Below, one piece after another: positions 37,661-49,859 of a stretch of 64,000 nucleotides of DNA. A program made the translations under genes and the position numbers. Origin of the DNA: Anolis carolinensis (lineage: Eukaryota). The DNA lies in assembly GCF_035594765.1 (NCBI RefSeq), contig NC_085843.1, forward strand, positions 264,159,971-264,223,970, given 5' to 3'. Positions within the stretch are counted from its first letter, which is position 1. Every line of letters starts with the position of its first letter. A model generated the notes under the pieces. That model had not been told where the DNA came from. It saw nothing but the letters and a program-made list of their open reading frames with translations, and did not search any database.

Positions 37661-38581
37661 GAATATTTTTTCTATATGCCATATAAATCTGTCTTTCACT
37701 TCACTGCTATTAAGATTCAATTACTTGCCCAGGTTTATTCTGTACATAAACTGGTTGTTAGGTGACACTTATCCTGGTATCTGCAAGGGAGGCCAAAAAA
37801 TCCATCTTGAATCTCTGGAGAGCAGCTTCTAGTCAATATTAATAGCACAGGATTGGCCAGTGGTCTGACTTAAAATAAAGAGCTTTGTATTTATTGCCAG
37901 GAACACGTCTTTCTTGGATATTTTTGTAGGCTCTAAACTTCAAATTGAAAAGTTTCATTTCATCTCTTCTCACCTACTCGAAGCTCTTTCTGGCCATAAG
38001 AGCCTTAGTGTTGGGATTGCAAAGAGGAAATGTCAGTTCACAACTTATCAATACCTCTTCACAGCCTGCCTGATAAATTCTCCAAAATATTGATGCATGT
38101 GGGAAAAAATTGTTAAGAACAGGCCTTATACCACAATGATAAATGACTGCCATTTGGAGCCAAGGGATTCGTGATCTTTGTTGGTGCTCTACTCTTACAA
38201 AAAGAACCTCTTCAAAAGATTTCATATCCTTTTAAAAATGACAAAAGATTGATGGAGATGCAATTCTCTCATATTAGGAACACGAGTGAGTGTTGCTCAG
38301 TTGTTCAATTACTGAATTGCTAACACTTGTAATAGGCTTTGAAATGAGGTTAGCTTTTTTTTGAGCCAGAGGGAATGAAAACGTCTTTAAAAAGCAGCTA
38401 TTAATTTTATTAGATGTGGAATTTTCTGTTGCATCTTATGTGAAATCCACAGAAATCAATGGGCAACTTCAGGGAGTCATGACGCTAAGGATAGGTCCTA
38501 TAGTTCCAAAGCTGAGATGCCAAAGTTTAGAAAATGGCAGGCATAGATAGAAAGAATATTTGAAAAAACATAGTAAAATGT

Positions 38582-38675
38582 GGGTGTTGTGTGGTTTCTG
38601 GGCTGTATGGCCATGTTCTAGCAGCATTTTCTCCACACAACACCCCAGTGATGCCAGCCATGAAAAACTTCAACA
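38582..38675. mobile_element. Tiny Penelope insertion with an inverted 5' piece
   Basis: Minus piece GTGTTGTGTGGTTTCTGGGCTGTATGGCCATGTTC joined to plus piece CACACAACACCCCAGTGAT..CCATGAAA; TSD ATAGTAAAA(A)TGT. Confidence 0.85.
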
Positions 38676-39444
38676 ATAGTAAAAATGTTTTTCAAGTGTT
38701 AGGAATTCTGGGCTGTCAAGAATCATTGCAATTCAGTATTCAATCTGCACAAAATTCACACATCACTTTGCACACATTGTTCTTCCCTGTCTGTAGTAGA
38801 GTTAGGCAGGGGATGGGTAGGTAGATATTTCAGTCCCAGGACCTTGCCTCTTTCTTTTGTACCTAAAGCAAGGAGGAGACATCTTTGGGCATGAGTGTGG
38901 TCTTGAAAAGTGGGTATACATATATTTTCCTCTGTTTTAATGATTTGATATTAAAAAATAAATAAACTGAATAGCATGCCCTGTCCCACTATGGTTAATA
39001 TTTAATGGATCATGATTAAGGACATCACCCAGGAGTGGCACCTTTTAGTATCACTACTGTAATATCACCAGGAATAGTCCTCTGTGACATCACAAGAGAT
39101 CAACCCTAAATGTCAGAATTTGATTTAGATATTTAAGTGCCTGGGATATTCCTGACCCAGCAACTCAAACAGTGGGGTATATTTAGTCCTTCAGACAATG
39201 TTGATGTACAACTATCATCAGCCCAATTTTATGGGAATTGCAGACTGAAACACTGAGTGTTGACAGAGTGTTACGCAAACCAAATAAATGGCACAACAGT
39301 CTGTGAACTCTGAAGATACGAATTGGGGAGGGGGATAACCAAATAAATCATATTTGCTTCTTTTACATATCTGAATTTTAATGAACTGAAAGAAAAGTGT
39401 CACCCATTCCTTTGCATAATAACAGTCAGAAGTTAAAGAGATGT

Positions 39445-40170
39445 GACTAGTGGGGTATTTCAGGATTTTGTCTAGGGCCCAGACTAGTTTTAACATTTGT
39501 ATAAATTATGTAGATGAAGAAATAGAAGACATTGGAGAGCTAGGCCAAAACTAACAAAATCCATTTCAATGGGGAGAAATATACGATAATACATTTGGAC
39601 AGGGAAAATGAAATGGTCAACTCTTGGATGGGTGATTTCTAGTTTGATAACAGTACATGTGAAAAGGATCTAGGGGTTTAATAGACCACAACCTAAACAT
39701 AAGCCAGCAGTGTGATATGGCAGTCAAAGAAGTTCAACTGAAATATTGTGTCCAATTTTTAGCACAACATTCAAGAAAGGTATTGTCAAACTGGTATGTG
39801 TCCAAAATATGGCAAATAAGACAATCAAATCCTACAGGCCTAGAGAAGTGAAGACTGAGAGGTGATGTCATAACTACCTTGCAATGTCAAAAGGGATGTG
39901 ATGTAGAAGATGGAACAAGTTTGTTTTCTGCTGCTTCAGAGACTAGAATATAACCCGACATTTTCAAATTATAAGAAAAAAAGATCCCATCTACACAGTA
40001 GGAAGAGCTTCCTGACAGTAAGAGATGCTTGAGATGGAATAGTCTGCTTTGGAGGTAATGTACTCTCCTGCTTTGGAGATTTTGCACAAAAGACTGAATG
40101 ACCATCTTCCAGGAGTGCCTTAGTTTTATATTTTTGCATGGCAGAGGATTGGACTAAATGGCCCACACAA
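39445..40170 (+). mobile_element. Old CR1 LINE 3' portion with deletions
   Basis: GAAAAGGATCTAGGGGT..AAACATAAGCCAGCAGTGTGAT..TTGTTTTCTGCTGCT..GGATTGGACTAAATGGCC. Confidence 0.8.
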
Positions 40171-41052
40171 TCTCATTATGACATTGCCAGATGACAAATA
40201 AATTTAAGTGCATGGCAGGGATAATTACACAGCGCCAACTATATTGCTGCCAGAATTCTGCAAGCAAGTCTTTTTGCTAGTACTCTCTCTCAGTCTCTCT
40301 CTCCCCCCCTCTCTCTCTCGCCCACCCACTTTCAACAATGCAAGCTCCAGCAATGACAAATGCCAATATTAAAAAAATAATCACTGGGCGGCAATCTGTA
40401 CATGAATATTATTTTGAGTCTGAGAAATTTCCTGTCTCAGGAAAGAACTAAATAAACCAATAGTTGCTAAATTGGCTAATTGATTCTTGTCTGCTGAAAA
40501 TTTCCTAGGCATTTTCTCCAAAGCCAAGAGCTGCTTCAAATTGATCACACTGTCCCTGTTAAGATAATGTCTTCAGAATAAAATGTTGTCACTAGATAAT
40601 GGCCCTGCAGCCAGATATACTTAGGAGCAAAGCAAGGACATTCATCAGAAATAAGTACTGAAATAAAGGAGGCTCACTTAATTCCAAAAGCAAGAGGCCT
40701 TTATTCTGTCAAACCTTCTGGTTTATTTATTGCTCAACTTATTCTGCACCCCTCCTGCCCCATAATGATTAATGATCTAGAAGCCCCCCCCCCCCCTATC
40801 TCAGTAGATGTTAATATTTTGATTAAACAGTTTGCTGGTTGATAAAAGAAAATATACAATCTGATTGGATTATAATACTGAATTGCAATATAGCAAGAAG
40901 TGACAAACAATCCTCCATTTGCAAAATGTAGCAAAAGGGTGGGCAACTGCAGCAGATCTAGATGATTTTTGTCAACTTCTAGGAGCTTTTTGTATGAACA
41001 AAAATAATCTTCAAACCACCCAATGAACACTAAAAGTGGCTAGAAGTCTAGT

Positions 41053-41735
41053 TATAGAATCATAAAATCATAGAATCCTAGAGTTGGAAGAGACCTCATG
41101 GGCCATCCAGTCCAACCCCCTGCCAAGAAGCAGAAAAATCACAATTAAAGTATCCCTGACAGATGGCCATCCAAAGCCTCCAAAGAAGAAGCCTCCACCA
41201 CTCTCCAGAGCAGAGAGTTCCAGTGCCAAACAGCTCTCACAGTTCTTCCTAATATTCCGGTGGAATCTCCTTTCCTGTAGTTTGAAGCCGTTGTTCCATG
41301 TCCTAGTCTCCAGGGCAGCAGAAAACAAGCTTGCTCCCTCCTCCCTATGACTTCCCCTCACATATTTATATGTGGTCATCATGTCTCCCCTCAGTTTTCT
41401 CTTCTGCAGGCTAAACATGCCCAGTTTTTTAAACCACTCCTCATAGGGCTTGTTCTCCAGACCCTTGATCATTTTAGTCGCCCTCCTCTGGACACTTTCC
41501 AGCTTGTCAACATCTCCTTCAATTGCAGTGCCCAGAATTGGACACAGTGTGATTCCAGGTGTGGCCTGACCAAGGCAGAATAGAAGGTGAGCATGACTTC
41601 CCTGGATCTAGACACTATACTCCTATTTATGCAGGCCAAAATATCATTGGCTTTTTAGCTGTCACATCCCATTGTTGGCTCATGTTTAACTTGTTGTCCA
41701 CGAGGACTCCAAGAGCTTTTTCACACTTACTGCTG
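41053..41735 (-). mobile_element. Young CR1 LINE 3' end
   Basis: ORF 41068-41472 [41 protein letters not shown] matches CR1 ORF2; (ATAGAATC)n tail. Confidence 0.95.
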
Positions 41736-41894
41736 ATTTTGAAAAAAATGTATTCAAGTTCAAAAAGATGTTAGGCAATGTAGGTGCCCATGCCTGCTAT
41801 TTAATAGGTGAATTTGCTCTCCTAGAAGCTTTCAGAATAGGCAATACACCTTTTAGTTCTTTTTAATCCAGATAAATAGTGATTTAGAGAGGAC

Positions 41895-42020
41895 ATCCTG
41901 TCTTGGAGTGTGGTGGAGTCTCCTTCTCTGGGGGTTTTTGAGCACTGGCTTGATAGCCATCTGTCAGAGGTGCTTTGATTGTGTGCCCCTGCATGGGATC
42001 TCTTCCAACTCTCATGATCC
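41895..42020 (+). mobile_element. CR1 3' fragment
   Basis: GTGTGGTGGAGTCTCCTTCTCTGG..GCCATCTGTC..CTTCCAACTCT. Confidence 0.8.
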
Positions 42021-45000
42021 CAAGTATACAAGTACTGTATATAGGGATAAAAATCAAACATTTATTGAAAACAAATTAGTATTTGCAAGGCTCATTAACA
42101 AGTTGATTTTCCTTTTTGTGGAGTACAGCTCACTGAATATTGTTGCTAACAGATTTGTGTAAATGAGTGGCATTTAGAAACCTTTTACTGTTGCCAGATT
42201 TTTCATGACCCAGCATTGAAGTAAGAGGACCCAATTTGAGGTTGGGACCCACAATTTAAGAGGCAGTGATCTAGACCAATGTTCAAACCATACTGGCTCT
42301 TAGTTTTGGAGAAAGGGCGACATTGCATTACATTTAAATCTAATTTCAACTTTTAAATTAGTCATGGGGCATGAATATTCCATGGTTCAAATGCAGACTA
42401 GTGCAGTGTCATGTCCTGCTGTGTTGTGAGCAATGAGCTGGCAATGAGGTGGAGAGGGGAATGCATTTTATACCATGGGTCATCAGCTCATATTTAACTG
42501 TATTGTAACAGTAACAAACATTTCACTTGTTTGTCCCCTTTCAGAGACAGGAAAGTAAAGATGAGGGAGTGAAATGCACTTTTAGGACAACATGCAGCCT
42601 TCTGCAAACTATTTTTTCCTGCTTCTATCTATCCCTACTCCGTACTCTTTGGATTACTCTCTTTGTGATAAAAGTCACCAGTAACAGCATTTCATCTTTT
42701 AAAATAGGTTGGAGGTGCGCTCTGATGTTAAAACATGTTTTCAATACCAGATGTGTGGTTCTGGACACTTTTTTCTGGTACTTGTAACAATCCACATAGC
42801 TACTGCAAAGATCTGGGGTCTTGGCCAGAACGAAAGAGTTTGAAGTGTGATAGCAGCAAGTGCCAGGAGAGATAGGCTATAATACAGAGAAGTTGTGACC
42901 AGTCAATCTAATCCAAATTATCCATGGGTAAGCAAGGAAATTCACTAATATTGGGAGAAGGGTCAAAGAGCAACGTATGAGCAAGTCCATTACGAAATGC
43001 CAGTAGCCACATTAACTAGAAACAAAAAGGAAATACAGCCCTAAAACTTAAGTTGAATGAATTCAGAGGCAGGAAGTGCACAACGCTGGTAAGAATAAAT
43101 GGTAGCAGAAACAAAAACTCCCAAGAGTTGATATGGAATTGATAGCTACCAGATCTTGAGATGCCAAATGCTTATCTGCTCAGTATTTCTCATTTAAGAA
43201 AAATTGAATGCCTCACTGCTGCTCCTTATCCTTTGAGACACAAAAGCTCTCTATTGTCTATCAGCTGCAGCTGAGATGGAGGTTCACCTTGTTGAAGTTT
43301 CCTAACATCTGTGTCTGCTTCCAGCAGGCCTACAATACAGGCCTATACACAATAAAGGCTTAATGGAAATTCTAAGGACACAAGTATGAATGATCTTTCA
43401 TAGATCCAGCTATGCACATAGAGCTCTAATATCCATATTATCACATTTCAAGCCAAATGCCTTACTTTTCAGTGGAGCTCTGCCACCAGTTGTACGAGTA
43501 CAGTAAGCTTTCCCATCAAAGTTCAGGTTGTGAAAGCATCCAGCCCATGCAATTGTCTCAGCGCAACAGCCTCAGGTAAGAAAGCAGCATATTATAGTTC
43601 TATGAAGCTGGAACACTAAACATGATAGCAAGATCAGCAAGAGTAATATGCCCGGGCAGCTGGCACAATAACTAAACAGCTATGGACAACTCCAAATATA
43701 AAATATTTAGAAGCTAATATTGTTCTGTTGAAGCTCATTTTTGAAAACAGCGAGTCAGAACTTGGACAGCTGCCAGCCCTGGCAGTTTTTCTGAACACAA
43801 AAGATGCCTGGTGGAAGACTCGGCTCCCATGCTGTCTTCTTCTCTTACCGATCTTTACTCTGTTTTAAAGTCTTCATTTTTACACAACAGCTCCAGAGAG
43901 TAGTCTGCACAAAGAAGTTTCTAGCCCTTGGACATCTTTTTAAAAATCCTTGTCGAAAGTAAAATCTTTTGTTTCTTTTCTCCTCTAGTTCACTCTTGTG
44001 CTGGCTTTTGGTTTCAGTGGCTCCCTCAATAACAAGAGATGTGCCCTCACACTGAACCAGAGTTCCTGGCCATAGATGCATCCTATGAGATGCTGGGATC
44101 TGTAAATTGGAGAAACAGAGAATTCTAAATACATCATAAAAACACAAAACTCAGGATTTCATAGGTTAGAGCTAGGATAGTTAAAACAGTGTCAAATTGC
44201 TACAAAAGTGTACTGTGAGCGAGATCTTGCTGGATCTTACTGGATTGGAGTTGTTTCTCATCAGTGTAAGTATCCGCTCACTTCCAGTAGTCAATGCAAA
44301 AACAGAAAACATTACCTTCAACTGATCCCATACTGGAGTATGTGTTAGGTTAATGTTTTAACCAACACTTTCATAAGTCTAATGTTGATCCAATCCTCCC
44401 CTCCTTTTGTGTGTGCAGAAAACAGTAATCTGGAATTTCATCATAAATGAAGGAACAACATTGGCAGCATTCTCTTCTACAGTGTTTCTTCTTTGCTCAA
44501 ACTGTTTCCATTGATGCCTTTTACTGATTTTCTCACAGTCTTCCATGTCTTGGTCCATGAACTTTCCCATTTACCTCCCCCTTTCCTCCACCTGGATTAG
44601 TTAAAAAGAAGCAGACCTTTCAGTTATCTTATTTCAGTTATCTTATCATAAAATTAGAAAATGGTTATCAGGCAGAGTGTCAAGAGAAATTCCTCCCTTA
44701 GTTGCCAAAATAACCCTGACTCTCAGAGCAAAAGGGCAGGCAGTGCCATGTTTCTGAGAGCCCTATTTTCTTTTCGAATGCTTCCCAGATCATTTGCAAA
44801 TTTGTGAAGCTGAAAGAGCAGTTATAGCAAAATGGCTTATAAGAGGAGTGAGCATACTTGTTGTATTGTGCAAGCGTAGCCTTTTCCCAGTATTATTTGG
44901 GGCACCCTGCTATGGAGAAAATTTTTTCAAATCACATATTCTTTGAATCCTTTCTACCTGTGATTACTAAAGCTGGAACATCTTATCCATGCACTTATGT

Positions 45001-45237
45001 GATATGGATTAGGCTACTTAATCCCCTGGTCCTAAGGCATAGGATTTCCTAAAGCTAGGCGCAGATGCATTATTCATTACATAATTGTCAACTTCTTGAA
45101 AACCTACTCATTATTCAATGCATTTAAAAAAATGATCTAATTTTTTTATAATGCAGTTTAGAGGAAGGAGCACCTGTCTTCCATCTTCATTCTTCCTCCC
45201 ATATTCATTCAGTGGAATGGAAAAACAATTACTCATA

Positions 45238-45364
45238 ACCTCTGAGGATGCCTGCCATATAGATGTGGGTGAAACGTCAGGAGAGAATATTTCTGGAACA
45301 TGGCCATACAGCCCAGAAAACACACAACAACCCTGTGATTCCGGCCATGAAAGCCTTCAACAAC
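45238..45364 (+). mobile_element. Penelope (Poseidon-type) 3' fragment
   Basis: CTCTGAGGATGCCTGCC..GAAACGTCAGGAGAG..CCGGCCATGAAAGCCTTC; perfect 13-bp TSD ACAATTACTCATA. Confidence 0.92.
45239..45281 (+). ncRNA. Minimal type I hammerhead ribozyme motif, Penelope-borne
   Basis: CCT-CTGAGGA-[stem II GCCTGC..GTGGGT]-GAAAC-GTC-AGG: CUGANGA and GAAA core, GUC triplet, short helix I. Confidence 0.7.
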
Positions 45365-45578
45365 ACAATTACTCATATACCTCTAGCAAGGTTTTAGATT
45401 GCAAATGCTGCTTACTTTGTATACAGCTGTATTGCTAACTTAAAATAATTCCTCATATTACGTTTTTATTATTTTATTTTCATTTGAACTATTTTAATGG
45501 CTTTGTTGATGCATGACAGTCATTTATAATGCAACATAGGCACCACTGTATAACAATAGTAGTGATGAAGACGACCTG

Positions 45579-45780
45579 GGGAGCATCTACACAGTAGGAT
45601 TAATGCCTTTTAGCACCACTTTAACTGTCATGGCTCAATGCTATGAAATCCTGCTGAGGCACCAGCACTCTTTGGTAGACAAGGCTATTGATCTTGGAAA
45701 ACTACAACTCCCAGGATTCCATTCAGCCATGGCAGTTAAAGTGGTGTCAAACTACATTAATTATGTAGTGTAGATATGCC
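45579..45780. mobile_element. Harbinger-like MITE
   Basis: GGAGCATCTACAC / GTGTAGATATGCC ends with long inverted arms. Confidence 0.8.
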
Positions 45781-45816
45781 TTAGCAGTTGAGCTGCTCTG
45801 ATATAATGATCTAGAC

Positions 45817-45951
45817 CAGTGGTTCTCAATCTGGGGTCCCCAGATGTTTATGGCCTTCAACTCCCAGAAATTCGAACAGCTGGTAAACTGGCTGGGATTT
45901 CTGGGAGTTGTAGGCCAAAAACATTTGGGGACCCCAGGTTGAGAACCATTG
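45817..45951. mobile_element. hAT MITE with SPIN-like TIR (same family as 8067)
   Basis: CAGTGGTTCTCAA/TTGAGAACCATTG; TSD ATCTAGAC on both sides. Confidence 0.95.
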
Positions 45952-45959
45952 ATCTAGAC

Positions 45960-46885
45960 CAGGGATCCTCAAACTTTTGAAGCAGAGGGCCGGTCCACTA
46001 TCCTTCAGACTGTTGAGGGGCCGAAAAATACAAATTCCTATGCATATTGCACATGTCTTATTTGTAGTGCAACAACAACAACAACGAAAGAACAATACAA
46101 TATTTAAAAATGAAAACAATTTTAACCAACATAAACCTATCAGGATTTCAATTGAAAGTGTGGGTCTGCTTCTGACCAATGAGATAGTCAAGTTAATTAG
46201 GATTGTTGTTGTTATGTGCCTTCAAGTCATTTCAGACTTTGGCCAAGCCTAAGTCTAAAATTAATTATTTGTTTACTGCATTTATTTACTACATTTATAT
46301 CCCACTCTTCTCAGAGTAGCTGTATGTACATACAATATATTATATTATTAGCATAGCACAATATTAGCATTATATATTGTAATACGATATAATACTAATA
46401 ATACAATATAATAATATTAATTATATATTATATTTTACATGTAATATTACTAATAATATTACAATATATTGATACTGTGCAATATAGTAATTTATTACCA
46501 GTATTGTACTATGCTAATATAATATTGTATGTAAATTTAATTTGTAAGCCACTCTGAGTCCCCTTCGGGGTGAGAAGGGCGGCATATAAATGTAGCAAAT
46601 AATAAATAAATAAATAAATAAATAAATATATTACTATATTGAACTATACCACTATACTATTATATAATACGTAATATATAACATATAATTAATATTATTA
46701 TATGGTATTATTATTAGTATTATATTGTATAGCATAATATTATTATCAATATTATATGTATATACAATATATTATATTATTAAAACTGATATAAAAATAT
46801 TATATTATAAAACTGAGCGCAGGGGCCAGGTAAGTGACCTTGGAGGGCCGCATCTGGCCCCCGGACCTTAGTTTGGGGACCCCTG
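45960..46885. mobile_element. Composite non-autonomous hAT element, opposite orientation to 26348
   Basis: CAGGGATCCTCAAAC/GTTTGGGGACCCCTG; TSD ATCTAGAC; SINE and L2 tail cargo. Confidence 0.95.
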
Positions 46886-46912
46886 ATCTAGACAAAGAAA
46901 TAGTTAAATATA

Positions 46913-47295
46913 CCATATATACTCGTGTATAAGCCAAGTTTTTCAACTCTTTTTAGGGCTGAAAAAGTGCCCCTCAAGTGAGGGTCCTGGGCGGCTTATA
47001 TTGGGGTTGGATTACACGCAAGTATATAGGTAATCAGAGTTGGACAGTCTTATCTTATTAAAGTCTTATTATCTTAAATAACAGTTTTATGTAAATATTC
47101 AAAAACACAACCCTACTGATTCCTCAATTAATGTAATTTTATTAGTATCAATTTTTATTTTTGAAAATTACAGTAGATGATGCATTCCCCCCCACCCTTG
47201 TCTTATACTTGAGTCAGTAAGTTTTCCCAGTTTTTTGTGGCAAAATTAGGTGCCTCGGCTTATATTCAGGTCAGCTTACACTTGAGTATATACGG
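46913..47295. mobile_element. Tc2/pogo-like MITE
   Basis: TA|CCATATATACTCGTGTATAAGCC...CTTGAGTATATACGG|TA. Confidence 0.9.
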
Positions 47296-49350
47296 TAATT
47301 GGTTGAGTGTCTCAGTCCTTGGATAAAGGCAGTGTTCATAAAAGGGCTTAGAAAGGAGACTATATTAAGAGATAGGTATCTCCAAAGGCAGAAAATCAAG
47401 CTGAATGCTGTTTCCTGCACAAAACACCACAAGCAAATTTTGCACAGAATAAGTCCCCAATTGCAAATAGTCTTTGAAAACTGGGTTTTTTAAAGACTTT
47501 CTTGCACCAGGAAGACATTTTTTAAAATTACTTGTTGCTTTCTTTAAGAACAAAGTTACTGAAGTATTACATTCCTAGTCAGGAACTGTATGGAAAAGTA
47601 GCCTCAGAGAAATAGTAGAAGTATTATTTTTCTTTCCTACATCGTATACACTCAAGCTTGCACATATCCCTAACTGCAGTCATAACCAAAAGGAAAAAAA
47701 ACCCCTAATTTCTCCATCTTTCTAAGGATAAAGAAAACCAGTTTCGGATAGGCACATTCTGAGTGGCCACTAGAACAGAGCAAGCATGTGTTATGTTAAT
47801 CTGCCCAATCTGGCAGCTTCTGTTGACTGTATTCCATTTTTAAAAATCCCATTGGGATATTGTTCATTTGTGTCCCATGTAATGAACAGGTTGGCCCTGA
47901 TCATGGCAAGGCAGGCAATAAATATTTAATAGGCTGGCATGCTAATGAGTGATTTACTTGTGCATTCAAATCATTTACTGTCGTGTTCTCTTCCCTACAA
48001 AATATGATGCAGTGCAAATGTTCTGAATTATTTAATCTGTAAGTACTTTCGATCCATTGTTTAAAAAAACCAAGCGTCACAAAAGTAATTAATGTAGAAT
48101 CTTCTAAAACTCACTGTAATTTCTAGAACCTTGCAGGGCTCTTTGGATGACTTTGAAAGATCAATATGTCAGCAGTCTCTTTTTAAAAAAAATAGAGTTA
48201 TTGTGAAAGATTTGTTCAAAGCCCAATGGAAAATGGCAAAAACAACAGAAAACACACAAACACTCACACACAGAAAAAGCGAGAACTGCTGTCTCATTAA
48301 CTTCCATATATTTTTGGAGTGTGCATAAAATATTATCCCTCAAGACACTTCAACATTTCCTAGGCAAACATTTACTTTCCTAGGTGGAGTTTTATTCAAT
48401 GTAATTTGATAAACAGAGTGCTTTAACATCTCCATAAACTCTGGTTGTAAGATCCAGTGTACTTTAAGAGATCTCTGCTTTAAAGGCACTGTCAGCATTT
48501 TGGAGGAAAGGTTTATGTTTAAAGGTAAAAATAAAATCCCTAATTGTGTCTGGAATTTACAAGCGGCTTTATGTTTCAAGTAAATCAGAAGGAAAGCTGC
48601 TTTAATTAAGCTGGTAGCCTACACCACAGTTATATAAATTTAGTTTTTCTTACCCTCTGATGAAAGTAGGGGGAACTTACTGACAGATCCAACCTTAACA
48701 CCAGTCTGTACCAAGACAGCCACAGAATGGCAAATGGTACTCCAACTCAAAATCATAGTGAATAGTACCCCAAACCAACATATAAACTCTGCTCCCTGAT
48801 ATAGGACTGCAAGAATGAGCTGAAGGAAATTCCAAGATAGCTTTTTTGTTTCAGAAATAGATCAAAGTATGTCATAGTTTCGATACTGCTTTGGAGAGGG
48901 ATAAAAGAAAGCATTAAAGGAAAGTGAGATGGCCTAAAACCTTAAGAAGTCCCTCGTCAATGAGGTGGTGAATCTACTCTTGAGTTTTAGTTTGAGGTTT
49001 AGAGGAGCAACTCAAGGTGCTGAAGCTATCTGGACATTAGAGTACAGCTCTTTTCACTCAAATAAGATTCACTGGCATTTAACCCAGGCTCATGTTTATA
49101 CAAAGCTTATGGGAGACCAAGGCCACTTAGATTGGTGTGGAACTGGCAAAAGGAGGAAGCAGTTTCAATGTGCAGGTGATTACATGGAAAACCCTGAAAT
49201 GCACTGCAGAGATTGGTTTCAACCTGGTTCAAGGATCTACGGTAAACACAGCTTGAAAAATACACAGCATGGGAAAATCGGAATAATTTATTTCAACTCT
49301 CCCTGTCACAGTGCACATGTGCGGATTGTTGGAGTGCCCACCCCTTAATC

Positions 49351-49859
49351 CACACATGTCAAACGCAAGGCCCATGGTCTGAATCTGTCCCACTACTTCA
49401 TTTTATGTGGCCCATGAGGCTTTCAGTGCCAAAGAAACATACAATAGAGTCTCACTTATCCAACACTCGCTTATCCAACGTTCTGGATTATCCAATGCAT
49501 TTTTGTAGTCAATGTGTTCAATATATCGTGATATTTTGGTGCTAAATTCGTAAATACAGTAATTACTATAAAGCATTACTGAGTATTGAACTACTTTTTC
49601 TGTCAAATTTGTTGTATAACATGATGTTTTGGTGCTTAATTTGTAAAATCATAACCTAATTTGATGTTTAATAAGCTTTTCCTTAATCCCTCCTTATTAT
49701 CCAACATATTCGCTTATCCAACATTCTGCCAGCCCATTTATGTTGGATAAGTGAAACTCTACTGTAGCTACATTTATACAATCTTACAATTATAAACAGC
49801 CCTTTGAAGGCAACCATAAGACTGATGTGGCCCTCAATGAAAATGAGTTTGACACTCTG
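49351..49859. mobile_element. hAT MITE interrupted by a Tc1/mariner MITE
   Basis: CACACATGTCAAAC/GTTTGACACTCTG; TSD CCTTAATC/CTTTAATC. Confidence 0.8.
49442..49764. mobile_element. Tc1/mariner MITE
   Basis: TA|CAATAGAGTCTCACTTATCCAAC...GTTGGATAAGTGAAACTCTACTG|TA. Confidence 0.95.

Noticed and set aside
42846-43445. Possible solo LTR bounded by TGTGATA...TATCACA
   Set aside because: The flanks (TGAAG vs TTTCA) give no TSD, so it is unsupported.
49442-49764. Spaced TTATCCAAC repeats resembling a CRISPR or iteron array
   Set aside because: They are subterminal repeats of a TA-flanked mariner MITE in eukaryotic DNA.
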